Source: Candidatus Enterousia sp. (GTDB lineage: Bacteria > Pseudomonadota > Alphaproteobacteria > Rs-D84). From it: 43,118 bases of DNA. Below are positions 33,674 to 41,313 of the stretch, piece by piece (the first letter of the stretch is position 1; every line of letters begins with the position of its first letter). The notes below the pieces were generated by a model. That model was not told the origin of the DNA. It saw only the letters and a program-made list of their open reading frames with translations, and searched no databases. The stretch is from assembly GCA_045648865.1 (NCBI GenBank), contig JAZROU010000073.1, positions 1 through 43,118 on the forward strand, written 5' to 3'. A program made the translations under genes and the position numbers.

Positions 33674-33749
33674 GGATGCGTAGCTCAGTTGGTAGAGCAA
33701 CTGACTCTTAATCAGTGGGTCCAGGGTTCGAGTCCCTGCGCGTCCACCA
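33674..33749 (+). tRNA. tRNA-Lys (anticodon CTT), CCA encoded
   Basis: Cloverleaf folded by hand. Acceptor GGATGCG/CGCGTCC (one G-U). D arm GCTC-AGTTGGTA-GAGC. Anticodon loop CTCTTAA. T arm CAGGG-TTCGAGT-CCCTG. Discriminator A plus CCA. 76 nt. Confidence 0.95.
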
Positions 33750-33756
33750 GAAATAA

Positions 33757-33782
33757 ACGACCGTTTTTCGGTCGTTTTTTAT
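33757..33782 (+). terminator. intrinsic terminator after tRNA-Lys
   Basis: Stem ACGACCG/CGGTCGT, loop TTTTT, T-run. Confidence 0.8.
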
Positions 33783-33859
33783 TTATTGTATTGTTTTTTG
33801 CCTTTTTCAGGGATTCATACCTATGTAAATATTTATATTGCCTTGATAGAATATGGGTG

Positions 33860-33889
33860 TTGACATGAAACTTTGGCATAACATAAAAA
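33860..33889 (+). promoter_or_regulatory. candidate promoter TTGACA-18-TAAAAA
   Basis: Consensus -35 at 33860-33865 and an A-rich -10-like hexamer at 33884-33889. Confidence 0.35.
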
Positions 33890-33906
33890 TACAAAAAGGA
33901 GAAAAA

Positions 33907-34521
33907 ATGAAAAAGTTAGCAATTTCAACACTGGCTGTGCTGATTGTGTGTCCTGCGTTCGCGATGAACCATCCAGATCAGGGCAGTAGTTGGCAGATGT
34001 GGGGTATGGATCCGTATGTTGGTTTGAGAGGTGGTATGAGTTATACAAACCTGAACTATAAATATGACGGGAATAAGGAATCTATGACAGATTATATTTT
34101 CCAGGGACGTGCCGCATTGGGGTTGGAGGTTTGTGATACTGTACGTTCGGAAATTGAATGGTCTTATTTTGGTAAGATGTCTGACAGTGAAAACTTTGGC
34201 GCGACTGTCGGTAAGATTGATGTAGAAACCAAAATGCAGACATTGTTGTGGAACAATTATTGGGAATTTGGTTCTTATCAAATTGTTCGTCCATTTGTAG
34301 GCTTGGGTGCTGGTATGGCGTTCACAGATGTTAAACGTGATGGTGATCTGGTGCCACGTCACAGTGAAAGCAAAACACGCTTTTCAGGTATGGGAACGAT
34401 GGGTGTGACATTTGATATGGAACGTTTTGCGGTTGATGTCGCGGCGCGTTATACATATGTTGATATCCAGTCAGGGTTGCATAACTTTGGTGGCGATGTC
34501 GGTATCAGATTTATGTTCTAG
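33907..34521 (+). CDS. small outer-membrane beta-barrel protein (OmpA-like/opacity-type 8-strand pattern)
   Basis: RBS AAAGGAGAA, then ATG 33907. Signal peptide MKKLAISTLAVLIVCPAFA. Alternating aromatic strands. Ends ...GIRFMF. Confidence 0.7.
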   Translation: MKKLAISTLAVLIVCPAFAMNHPDQGSSWQMWGMDPYVGLRGGMSYTNLNYKYDGNKESMTDYIFQGRAALGLEVCDTVRSEIEWSYFGKMSDSENFGATVGKIDVETKMQTLLWNNYWEFGSYQIVRPFVGLGAGMAFTDVKRDGDLVPRHSESKTRFSGMGTMGVTFDMERFAVDVAARYTYVDIQSGLHNFGGDVGIRFMF

Positions 34522-34523
34522 AG

Positions 34524-34552
34524 AAAAATCCCCCAAAACGGGGGATTTTTAT
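34524..34552 (+). terminator. intrinsic terminator
   Basis: Stem ATCCCCC/GGGGGAT (34528-34534/34540-34546) with flanking A- and T-runs. Confidence 0.8.
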
Positions 34553-34580
34553 TTGGCCCAAAAAATAAAAAAATTATAAT
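34553..34580 (+). promoter_or_regulatory. candidate promoter TTGGCC-16-TATAAT
   Basis: -35 at 34553-34558 and a perfect -10 at 34575-34580. It would give a roughly 90-nt 5' leader ahead of RBS GGGGTG and ATG 34676. Confidence 0.4.
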
Positions 34581-34741
34581 GTCCTGGCATTTTTAGGAAA
34601 TTAAATTAACAACGCGCAGTGCATGTAACACATAAGTCCAGTTGCAGGCACTGTTTTTTTTATAGGGGTGAAAATATGGCAAATATATATCCAAAGAATT
34701 TTTAGGAAGCAATTATTTCTGCAATTCCAAATTGTACAACA

Positions 34742-35128
34742 ATGGTGTTGGGTATGATGACAATGAATCTGTGGATTTATGGACATCTGTCATGGGCAAA
34801 CTTTTTTGCGGCATTGGGGCCAATATATTTAACTGCGTTTTGTTTGGATTTCTTTGTTGTTGGACCGTTGGTTTTGCGTTTTGTCAATGGGTTTAATATT
34901 CAAAAATATATGCCATTGTTCGGGGTGGGGATTATGGCGATGATATTGACGGGATTGGCGCCGGTTATTGAAACGGGGAATGCGCCGGGGGTGTCGCAAT
35001 ATTTAATGGCGTTGCCGCGTAATTACATTGTGGCACTGGTGTTGCAGGTGTTTGTCGCATACCGATTCGGATGCTGGACGTTGGGAAAATACAGATTACA
35101 GAAGGCGTCGGTTAACATCGCAAAATAA
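34742..35128 (+). CDS. DUF2798-like small membrane protein (apparent N-terminal truncation by an in-frame TAG at 34703)
   Basis: Two hydrophobic repeat units. A better-supported start (RBS GGGGTG + ATG 34676) lies upstream in the same frame and is separated by a single TAG. Confidence 0.5.
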   Translation: MVLGMMTMNLWIYGHLSWANFFAALGPIYLTAFCLDFFVVGPLVLRFVNGFNIQKYMPLFGVGIMAMILTGLAPVIETGNAPGVSQYLMALPRNYIVALVLQVFVAYRFGCWTLGKYRLQKASVNIAK

Positions 35129-35155
35129 AAATCCCCATTTCGGGGATTTTTTTTA
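35127..35155. terminator. bidirectional intrinsic terminator
   Basis: AAAAATCCCC / GGGGATTTTT hairpin followed by a T-run. Lies between convergent genes. Confidence 0.8.
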
Positions 35156-35509
35156 TGTCAATTTTGCCAGGGCTAGTTTATTTAGAAAGCCTTCTTCGAT
35201 TGCGCTGAGCAGAGAGTTTAGGCCTTCGTTTGTTTCGCCGTCGTTTTGTAATTCTTCTAGATGTGATATTATTGTCATGCACATTTTGACTAAATCTCGG
35301 TTGATGAATTTAGGATTTAAAATGTCCGGTTTGAAAACTTTTTTATTGTTGTCGGCCATAAAATAATTTTCAGCAATTGAATCGACCCATGTGTCAATGT
35401 CGCCGGTTAATCTGTCAAACAGCAGATGTTTTGAATAATTATCTGTGGACCAATGATTTATTTTGCAGGCGTATTTAAACGCGATTAAATATTGCATAAG
35501 TGTGTACAT
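35153..35509 (-). CDS. short Dps/ferritin-like four-helix-bundle protein (divergent)
   Basis: ATG 35509 with RBS GGGAGAG. YLIAFKYACKINHWSTDNYSKHLLFDRL...DSIAENY parallels the Dps HW-x-V-x-G...H...F...D..AER pattern. Only 118 aa. Confidence 0.45.
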   Translation of the reverse strand: MYTLMQYLIAFKYACKINHWSTDNYSKHLLFDRLTGDIDTWVDSIAENYFMADNNKKVFKPDILNPKFINRDLVKMCMTIISHLEELQNDGETNEGLNSLLSAIEEGFLNKLALAKLT

Positions 35510-35593
35510 GTTTTCTCTCCCTTGTGTTGCAGACGATATCATAAATGCTTTTATGTTGTTATAGGATTGGTTTCAAATTGCGCTGTACGCATA

Positions 35594-35617
35594 GAATCTA
35601 GGGATTCCTAGGGAATC
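35594..35617. promoter_or_regulatory. candidate operator: three alternating GAATC/GATTC half-sites (tandem CTAGGGAWTC)
   Basis: GAATC-TAGG-GATTC-C-TAGG-GAATC. Lies in the divergent gap between the Dps-like and SodC-like genes. Confidence 0.35.
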
Positions 35618-35693
35618 AAACCTGGGGCAAATGATGGCGTTTTATAGTAGACTGAATGTGTGTAAAAGCACGGAACAAAAAGGAGAAAATAAT

Positions 35694-36251
35694 ATGAAAA
35701 ACTTAACCAAAAAAAATTTCTTGTTCGCATCCATGCTGGGGGCGGCAGCATTGCTGGGGGGGTGTATGATGGAATGCCCAAGTAAAAAAACATATCATCA
35801 TAAGGCTGCACAGCGTGTTCAGCCAGTTGCTGTGGTCGAAGAAGTAGACGAGGTTGTTGTATATCAGACTTATGAAAATGCAGATGTAAATCACGTTTAT
35901 GCTAAAATGTATACCCACAGCAGTAATGGCGGTGAATCAAAAATGGGCCATATTAAATTCAAGGATACCGATAATGGGTTGAAAATGACGGTTGATTTAA
36001 AAGATCTGCGCCCAGGTGTACAATATAATGTAAAATTGTATCAGTGCAGTTCTTGTTATAATGATGCAAAGTGTTGCAATAATTCTAAGCAGGTAAATGT
36101 GAATTTGCCAATGTTACAGGCAGGGATGAGCCGTCATTTAAATCAGACATATATGATTCAGGGATTAAGTGCTGCACAATTGTATGGTGCAAATATCTAT
36201 CTGGAACGTGATGGTGGATATAAGGCCGGATGGGGTAAGTTAGAAAAGTAA
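35694..36251 (+). CDS. lipoprotein with Cu,Zn-superoxide-dismutase-like fold pattern but without the His metal ligands
   Basis: RBS AAAGGAGAA, then ATG 35694. Lipobox LLGGC. GHIKFKDTDNGLKMTVDLKDLRPGVQYNVKLYQCSSC parallels SodC G-x-V-x-F...GL-x-PG-x-HGFH-x-H-x-x-G-x-C, with YNVKLY replacing HGFHIH. Confidence 0.5.
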   Translation: MKNLTKKNFLFASMLGAAALLGGCMMECPSKKTYHHKAAQRVQPVAVVEEVDEVVVYQTYENADVNHVYAKMYTHSSNGGESKMGHIKFKDTDNGLKMTVDLKDLRPGVQYNVKLYQCSSCYNDAKCCNNSKQVNVNLPMLQAGMSRHLNQTYMIQGLSAAQLYGANIYLERDGGYKAGWGKLEK

Positions 36252-36272
36252 ACTGTACCACCATAGATGATG

Positions 36273-36305
36273 CACCCCGATGATGTCGGGGTGTTTATAT
36301 GTTTT
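36273..36305 (+). terminator. intrinsic terminator
   Basis: 8-bp stem CACCCCGA/TCGGGGTG, loop TGATG, T-rich tail. Confidence 0.7.
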
Positions 36306-36344
36306 TGCTTTAAGAATGTTTTCATATTTGATAGTCTGTAGAAG

Positions 36345-37877
36345 ATGAAGAGGTTCTGTAAAAGTCTATTTTGCTATATCTGTCTTGCGGTGGTGATTAT
36401 TGCCGATTCGTTTGCAGGTGATGTAATAACCGGCGCTTTGGATATAAATACTGATTTTGTTGTTTATGAAAACATGGCTTTTAACCCAGATGTGGTCTAT
36501 GTTGGCAGACCAATTGATTTTACAAATTATGGTGATGTTGATACGAAATTCGTGGTTTGTGATCGTTGTGATTTATATATTAAAAATCGTGGGAAATTTA
36601 AGGCAGAATTTGTCGTTGGAACAGCTGCAAATGTTTATCAGGTTGTATCAGATGCGGATGATGTTAACCCGATTGTCAGTAATGTGGAATATGCGATGCT
36701 GGTCGATGGGGCAAATGGCATCAATCTGGGCCGTGCATTAGATGGGACAATGGTCGGGACATTGGTTTTAAAGGATTCTGTCATTGACATTAATAATACA
36801 AGTTTTGATGGGGTTGGGTCTGTTATCTTGCGTGGGGATGTTGTGCTGATGCTGGATAATTTGGCCCAAGTGTATAATATCCCAATCTTTGATAATGTTT
36901 CAGGTGATGGGCGGGTGTATTTTAAAAACGATAAAGCTGATCCGTTATTTTCAGATGTTGCATATATCGATGATGAAAAATTATTTGTAAGGCGCGTGCG
37001 TGAAACGGACTATGCCAAGATTTTTGGAAATAATACGGGTAAATTGCTGAATGATTTGCGTAATAAAAATTTAAATGACAATTTGTTGGGTGCGCTGGAT
37101 TTGGCTGGGGATATGAATTCTGTTCGTGATATTATGGCACGTACGGCGCGATTTAATCCAAGTGTTCTGATGAAAACAGTGCGGGTTATAAATGCATTTG
37201 ATAGCCTGGGCGTTTTGGATAACGCAGATGGATGGGCGAAAACAGATTTTGTGTTTTCAGATGATTTTAATTCTGGGGATATAAATGCCGGTGTTAATTT
37301 TGGAATGGGACCGATAAAAGCTGGTTTGGGGATGCGTATAGGCGGGGTTGAGTATATGTCTGGGCTGGACGCGTTTGATGGCCTATACTATGGTATAAAT
37401 TTGTCAGCACAATATTTTATGCAGGATAATTTGTTTATACGTGGCATCGTTGGTGCGGACAGGTTTGACTTTAAAATTGGTGATGTGGTTTATAATGATG
37501 AATTTATTAATAATCCGTCGGTGCTGGCCATTGGCGGTGTTGTGGATTTTGGATATAAATATCGGTTGGGCGATTCATTTTATGTTGTGCCATTTGTTGG
37601 TATTGATGGGTATAAATATGTGATGGAAAACGTATCTGATGTTTTTGTGCGTGGACATACCGGTTTAGATGTGGAATATACGTATCAAATGCTGGGGATT
37701 AAATATGAATATGGTTTTGGACTGGGGGTAAATTCAGATGTCGCCATTATGGCAACGGGACGCATGGGATTTTGGTCCAACTATGATGGGGCAGGTGCAG
37801 ATATAAAACTGTCTGTTCTGCGGATGTTTGATATGTATTCATATCAGGTATCGATTGGTGGCAAGGTTTGTTTTTAA
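36345..37877 (+). CDS. autotransporter-like outer-membrane protein
   Basis: Signal peptide MKRFCKSLFCYICLAVVIIADSFA. Passenger region of about 230 aa. C-terminal segment of about 270 aa rich in G/Y/F alternating strands, ending ...IGGKVCF. Confidence 0.55.
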   Translation: MKRFCKSLFCYICLAVVIIADSFAGDVITGALDINTDFVVYENMAFNPDVVYVGRPIDFTNYGDVDTKFVVCDRCDLYIKNRGKFKAEFVVGTAANVYQVVSDADDVNPIVSNVEYAMLVDGANGINLGRALDGTMVGTLVLKDSVIDINNTSFDGVGSVILRGDVVLMLDNLAQVYNIPIFDNVSGDGRVYFKNDKADPLFSDVAYIDDEKLFVRRVRETDYAKIFGNNTGKLLNDLRNKNLNDNLLGALDLAGDMNSVRDIMARTARFNPSVLMKTVRVINAFDSLGVLDNADGWAKTDFVFSDDFNSGDINAGVNFGMGPIKAGLGMRIGGVEYMSGLDAFDGLYYGINLSAQYFMQDNLFIRGIVGADRFDFKIGDVVYNDEFINNPSVLAIGGVVDFGYKYRLGDSFYVVPFVGIDGYKYVMENVSDVFVRGHTGLDVEYTYQMLGIKYEYGFGLGVNSDVAIMATGRMGFWSNYDGAGADIKLSVLRMFDMYSYQVSIGGKVCF

Positions 37878-37878
37878 T

Positions 37879-39177
37879 TTAATCAATAATTTCACCGCGC
37901 AGTGATGCCTTGTTCGCAGCCGTGATTTTTATGTCAGCCAAATTGGGGGCGTTGTCACGATATGCCACGATACATTGTTGCATAAAAGGTGTACGATATA
38001 CTAAATGACGACCGGTTTTATCCGGGCCTTCTAACAGGCACGACAGTGTTTTGTCAATGCACGATTCGTTGAATTCACGTTGAACTTCGTTTAGATATGT
38101 GTCCAATTTTGCCAGGCGGGTGGCCTTGATGTTTTCTGGTATTTGGTCTGGCATCAGGGCCGCAGCCGTATGTGGACGTGGTGAATATTTGAACGAGTAT
38201 GAATTTATATATTTTATTCGTTCGGCAATACGCATTGTTTGTTCGAAATCATCATCCGTTTCGCCGGGAAAGCCGACAATAAAGTCAGATGAAATTTGAA
38301 TGTCAGGGCGTGCAGATTTTAATTTGTTTATAATGTCGCAATACAATTCCAGGCTGTATGGGCGGTTCATGCGGGTAAGTACATTGGGCGCGCCGCTTTG
38401 GATTGGCATGTTTAAAAATGGTAATAATTTCGATTCTGTTCTGAACATGTCAATCAGGTCGTCTGTCATTTCGGTTGGATAACTGGATGTAAAGCGTATA
38501 CGCATGATTTCTGGGATTTTTGCGGTTTCGCGAATTATGTCAGACAGGCGGTATGTCGTGCCGTTTGCGTCTGTGTATTTATATCCATTCACGTTTTGTC
38601 CCAAAAAGCAAATTTCAATCGCACCCGTTTTTGCCGCGTGCAGGGTTTCCGCCATTACTGATTCAAAAGAACGTGAAATTTCGCGGCCACGTGTATATGG
38701 AACAATGCAATATGTGCAGACGTGATTACAACCTTCTTGGATTGGAATATAGGTTACCAGTGGGGAATGTTCCATTTGGGGCAGGGAATCAAACTTTTCC
38801 AGCCCACCCAAATCAATGTTTAACAGGCGGGCGTCTGGGTTTTTTAAGATGTCTGGCAGTTTATGATAACTTTGTGGCCCCAGTACAAAGTTCAGGTCTG
38901 GTATGCGACGGAATGCGTCTGCACCCGATTCGCGCGCAACACAACCAACGATTCCGAACAGGGCGTCTGGCTTTTTCGCACGTCTGATACGCCCCAATGC
39001 AGAATAAACTTTATCAGTTGCCTTGGCACGAACAGCACATGTGTTCAGTATGATAATGTCTGCGTCTGGAATTTGTTCTGTACGCACAAATCCGTGGTGT
39101 TCCAGCAGACTGGCAATACGCCAACCGTCATACACATTCATTTGACAGCCAAAGGTTTGGATAAAGAATTTTTTCAT
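37879..39177 (-). CDS. miaB: tRNA-2-methylthio-N6-dimethylallyladenosine synthase
   Basis: 432 aa. N-terminal FIQTFGCQMN. Radical-SAM CNHVCTYC. TRAM-like C-terminus. Confidence 0.9.
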   Translation of the reverse strand: MKKFFIQTFGCQMNVYDGWRIASLLEHHGFVRTEQIPDADIIILNTCAVRAKATDKVYSALGRIRRAKKPDALFGIVGCVARESGADAFRRIPDLNFVLGPQSYHKLPDILKNPDARLLNIDLGGLEKFDSLPQMEHSPLVTYIPIQEGCNHVCTYCIVPYTRGREISRSFESVMAETLHAAKTGAIEICFLGQNVNGYKYTDANGTTYRLSDIIRETAKIPEIMRIRFTSSYPTEMTDDLIDMFRTESKLLPFLNMPIQSGAPNVLTRMNRPYSLELYCDIINKLKSARPDIQISSDFIVGFPGETDDDFEQTMRIAERIKYINSYSFKYSPRPHTAAALMPDQIPENIKATRLAKLDTYLNEVQREFNESCIDKTLSCLLEGPDKTGRHLVYRTPFMQQCIVAYRDNAPNLADIKITAANKASLRGEIID

Positions 39178-39182
39178 TTTTC

Positions 39183-39404
39183 TTACTTGTGTCTTGTTCG
39201 TTGAATTTGAACTTTTTTGTTGTTTATTTGTTTCTGTTTTGCGTTAAAAGCACGCATTGCATTTTGATGCATATATTTTTCTTCGCGTGCTTTTATTTTT
39301 GATTGCGCTTCGTGTTTTTTCATTTCGCGCACAATGGCAACAATATCTGCATACATTTTTTCACGAACCTGGGTAAAGAATGCTGTTAGGTAATAGTATA
39401 TCAT
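39183..39404 (-). CDS. hypothetical small basic protein
   Basis: The ORF 39183..39533 is trimmed to the first ATG downstream of the neighbouring ORF's stop. An alternative start is ATG 39356 (MYADIVAIVREMKK...). Lys/Gln-rich helical tail. No family recognised. Confidence 0.3.
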   Translation of the reverse strand: MIYYYLTAFFTQVREKMYADIVAIVREMKKHEAQSKIKAREEKYMHQNAMRAFNAKQKQINNKKVQIQRTRHK

Positions 39405-39417
39405 ATGTATTATTTTA

Positions 39418-39609
39418 TTATTTGTTTCTGGTTTTGTTGTTGCGCATTTTTTTAAGGGCGCTTTTCTTGGTTTGTTCGTATTTTTTGACGACATGTGGCA
39501 CGGGCAGTTTTTCAGATGGAACGGTGATTTCAACCAGACCGTATCTAATGCCTGTGATATGATTGTCGTCTATGATACCGATAACTTTGATTGTGTTTTT
39601 TTTACTCAT
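39418..39609 (-). CDS. hypothetical small protein (63 aa) downstream of gatB
   Basis: RBS AAAGGAAAA overlaps the gatB stop. Sequence MSKKNTIKVIGIIDDNHITGIRYGLVEITVP... followed by a Lys-rich tail. No family recognised. Confidence 0.4.
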   Translation of the reverse strand: MSKKNTIKVIGIIDDNHITGIRYGLVEITVPSEKLPVPHVVKKYEQTKKSALKKMRNNKTRNK

Positions 39610-39621
39610 GTCTTTTTTCCT

Positions 39622-41142
39622 TTAGGCTAGTTTTTGTTTTAAAATTTCGTTTACAACGGCTGGGTTTGCGGTGCCGCCAGTTTTCTTCATGACATTGCCA
39701 ACAAAGAATCCCAACAGTCCCACCTTGCCAGATTTATATTGTTCAACCTGGGATGGGTTGGTGGCGATAACTTCATCGACAATTGCTTCGATTGCGCCGG
39801 TGTCGGTCATTTGTTTCATGCCAAATTTGTCGGCAATATCACGTGGGGTGCCCGATTCACCGTCCAGCATTTTTATAAAGATTTCTTTGGCCTGTTTCCC
39901 GTTAATTGTTTTTTCACCAATCATGTCGACAAGTTCGGCCAGGTCGGATGGTGTGATAATGCGCATATCATCAACAATGCCGGATTTTTCATTTTTGACA
40001 TCCCAATTTTCTGGGTGCGCGAACAATTCAGATATCATCCAATTTGCGACGCCTTTGGCGCGTTTGGTGTTGCCGTTCACAGCGGTATCAAACCAGCGCG
40101 AAACGTCAACCGTTTCTGTTAAACGTGCCGCGTCATATTCAGACAGCCCGAAATCATGCGTATAGCGCGCGCGCGTTGCGGATGGTAATTCTGGCATGTT
40201 TTGGCGGATACGTTCGATTTGTTCGTCTGTGATAACGATTGGTAACAGGTCTGGATCTGGAAAATAACGATAATCCAGTGCGTCTTCTTTGCTGCGCATT
40301 ACTGATGTGGTGCCGTCACCTTGGTGAAAGCGCATTGTGTCTTGGGTGACGGTTCCGCCACTTTCATAGGTTTCGATTTGACGACGGGCTTCGTACTCGA
40401 TGGCGGTTTTTATAAACTTAAATGACACCATGTTTTTGGTTTCGGTGCGTGTGCGGAATTCGGTTGAACCCACAGGTCGGACAGAAACGTTAACGTCGGC
40501 ACGCATGGAACCTTCTTCCATATTTGCTTTGGAAACACCCAGGGCGCGTGCGATTTCGCGGATTTCACGCAAATAACGTTCTGCTTCGTCGGGTGACGTG
40601 ATATAAGAATTGTTTTCTGGATTTTTTGTGTCCAGATATGTAACGATTTCCAACAATGCGACCCCGGTACGATTATAGTCTGCAAATGATTTTGTTGGGT
40701 GGGCATCGTGCTTTAATTTTCCGGCGTCTTGTTCCAGGTGGGCGCGTTCAATTAAAATTTTCTTTGGGTTGCCATCATCGCCCATAATTTCAACCCAGCC
40801 ACGACCGACAACGGGCGCTTCGTCGGCCGGTTGCGATATCTGATATCCCTGGGGCAGGTCAGGGTAGAAATATTGTTTGCGGGCAAAACGACTGGTGCGG
40901 GATATTTCAGCGTTGATGCCCAGACCAAATTTAATCGCCTGTTCAACGCAGTGTTTATTCAGTACCGGTAACATTCCAGGCATGGCAACGTCCACCATTG
41001 ATACCTGGGTGTTTGGGGAAACAGTTGGGTTATAGTCTGCAGATGCGCCACTGAATAGTTTTGATTCGGACAGTACTTCTATGTGGGTTTCCAGCCCAAT
41101 TACCAATTCCCAATCACATGTTTTGCCTTTTATTATAAACAT
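39622..41142 (-). CDS. gatB: Asp-tRNA(Asn)/Glu-tRNA(Gln) amidotransferase subunit B
   Basis: 506 aa. WELVIGLETHIEV N-terminus and a GatB/YqeY C-terminal domain. Confidence 0.95.
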   Translation of the reverse strand: MFIIKGKTCDWELVIGLETHIEVLSESKLFSGASADYNPTVSPNTQVSMVDVAMPGMLPVLNKHCVEQAIKFGLGINAEISRTSRFARKQYFYPDLPQGYQISQPADEAPVVGRGWVEIMGDDGNPKKILIERAHLEQDAGKLKHDAHPTKSFADYNRTGVALLEIVTYLDTKNPENNSYITSPDEAERYLREIREIARALGVSKANMEEGSMRADVNVSVRPVGSTEFRTRTETKNMVSFKFIKTAIEYEARRQIETYESGGTVTQDTMRFHQGDGTTSVMRSKEDALDYRYFPDPDLLPIVITDEQIERIRQNMPELPSATRARYTHDFGLSEYDAARLTETVDVSRWFDTAVNGNTKRAKGVANWMISELFAHPENWDVKNEKSGIVDDMRIITPSDLAELVDMIGEKTINGKQAKEIFIKMLDGESGTPRDIADKFGMKQMTDTGAIEAIVDEVIATNPSQVEQYKSGKVGLLGFFVGNVMKKTGGTANPAVVNEILKQKLA

Positions 41143-41156
41143 TTTATCTTTTTCCC

Positions 41157-41185
41157 TTGCTTTTTTATTTTTCGTATCTTATTAT
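41157..41185 (+). promoter_or_regulatory. candidate promoter TTGCTT-17-TATTAT for tRNA-Phe
   Basis: -35 at 41157-41162 and -10 at 41180-41185, 13 nt upstream of the tRNA. Confidence 0.45.
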
Positions 41186-41197
41186 TGTCCTCGCGTT

Positions 41198-41273
41198 GGC
41201 TAGGTAGCTCAGTTGGTAGAGCAAGGGACTGAAAATCCCTGTGTCGGCGGTTCGATTCCGTCCCTAGCCACCA
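41198..41273 (+). tRNA. tRNA-Phe (anticodon GAA), CCA encoded
   Basis: Folded by hand. Acceptor GGCTAGG/CCTAGCC. D arm GCTC-AGTTGGTA-GAGC. Anticodon loop CTGAAAA. T arm GGCGG-TTCGATT-CCGTC. A plus CCA. 76 nt. Confidence 0.95.
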
Positions 41274-41290
41274 TCATCTCCTTTCTGAAT

Positions 41291-41313
41291 TCGACCGTGT
41301 GGTCGATTTTTTT
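41291..41313 (+). terminator. intrinsic terminator after tRNA-Phe
   Basis: Stem TCGACC/GGTCGA, loop GTGT, T7 run. Confidence 0.75.

Noticed and set aside
33750-33906. tRNA-Lys and tRNA-Phe flanks as genomic-island integration sites
   Set aside because: There is no integrase gene next to either tRNA, and I could not spot a direct repeat of the tRNA 3' ends nearby by eye. Downstream genes are small OMP and membrane proteins with ordinary signals. A proper repeat search would be needed to exclude this fully.
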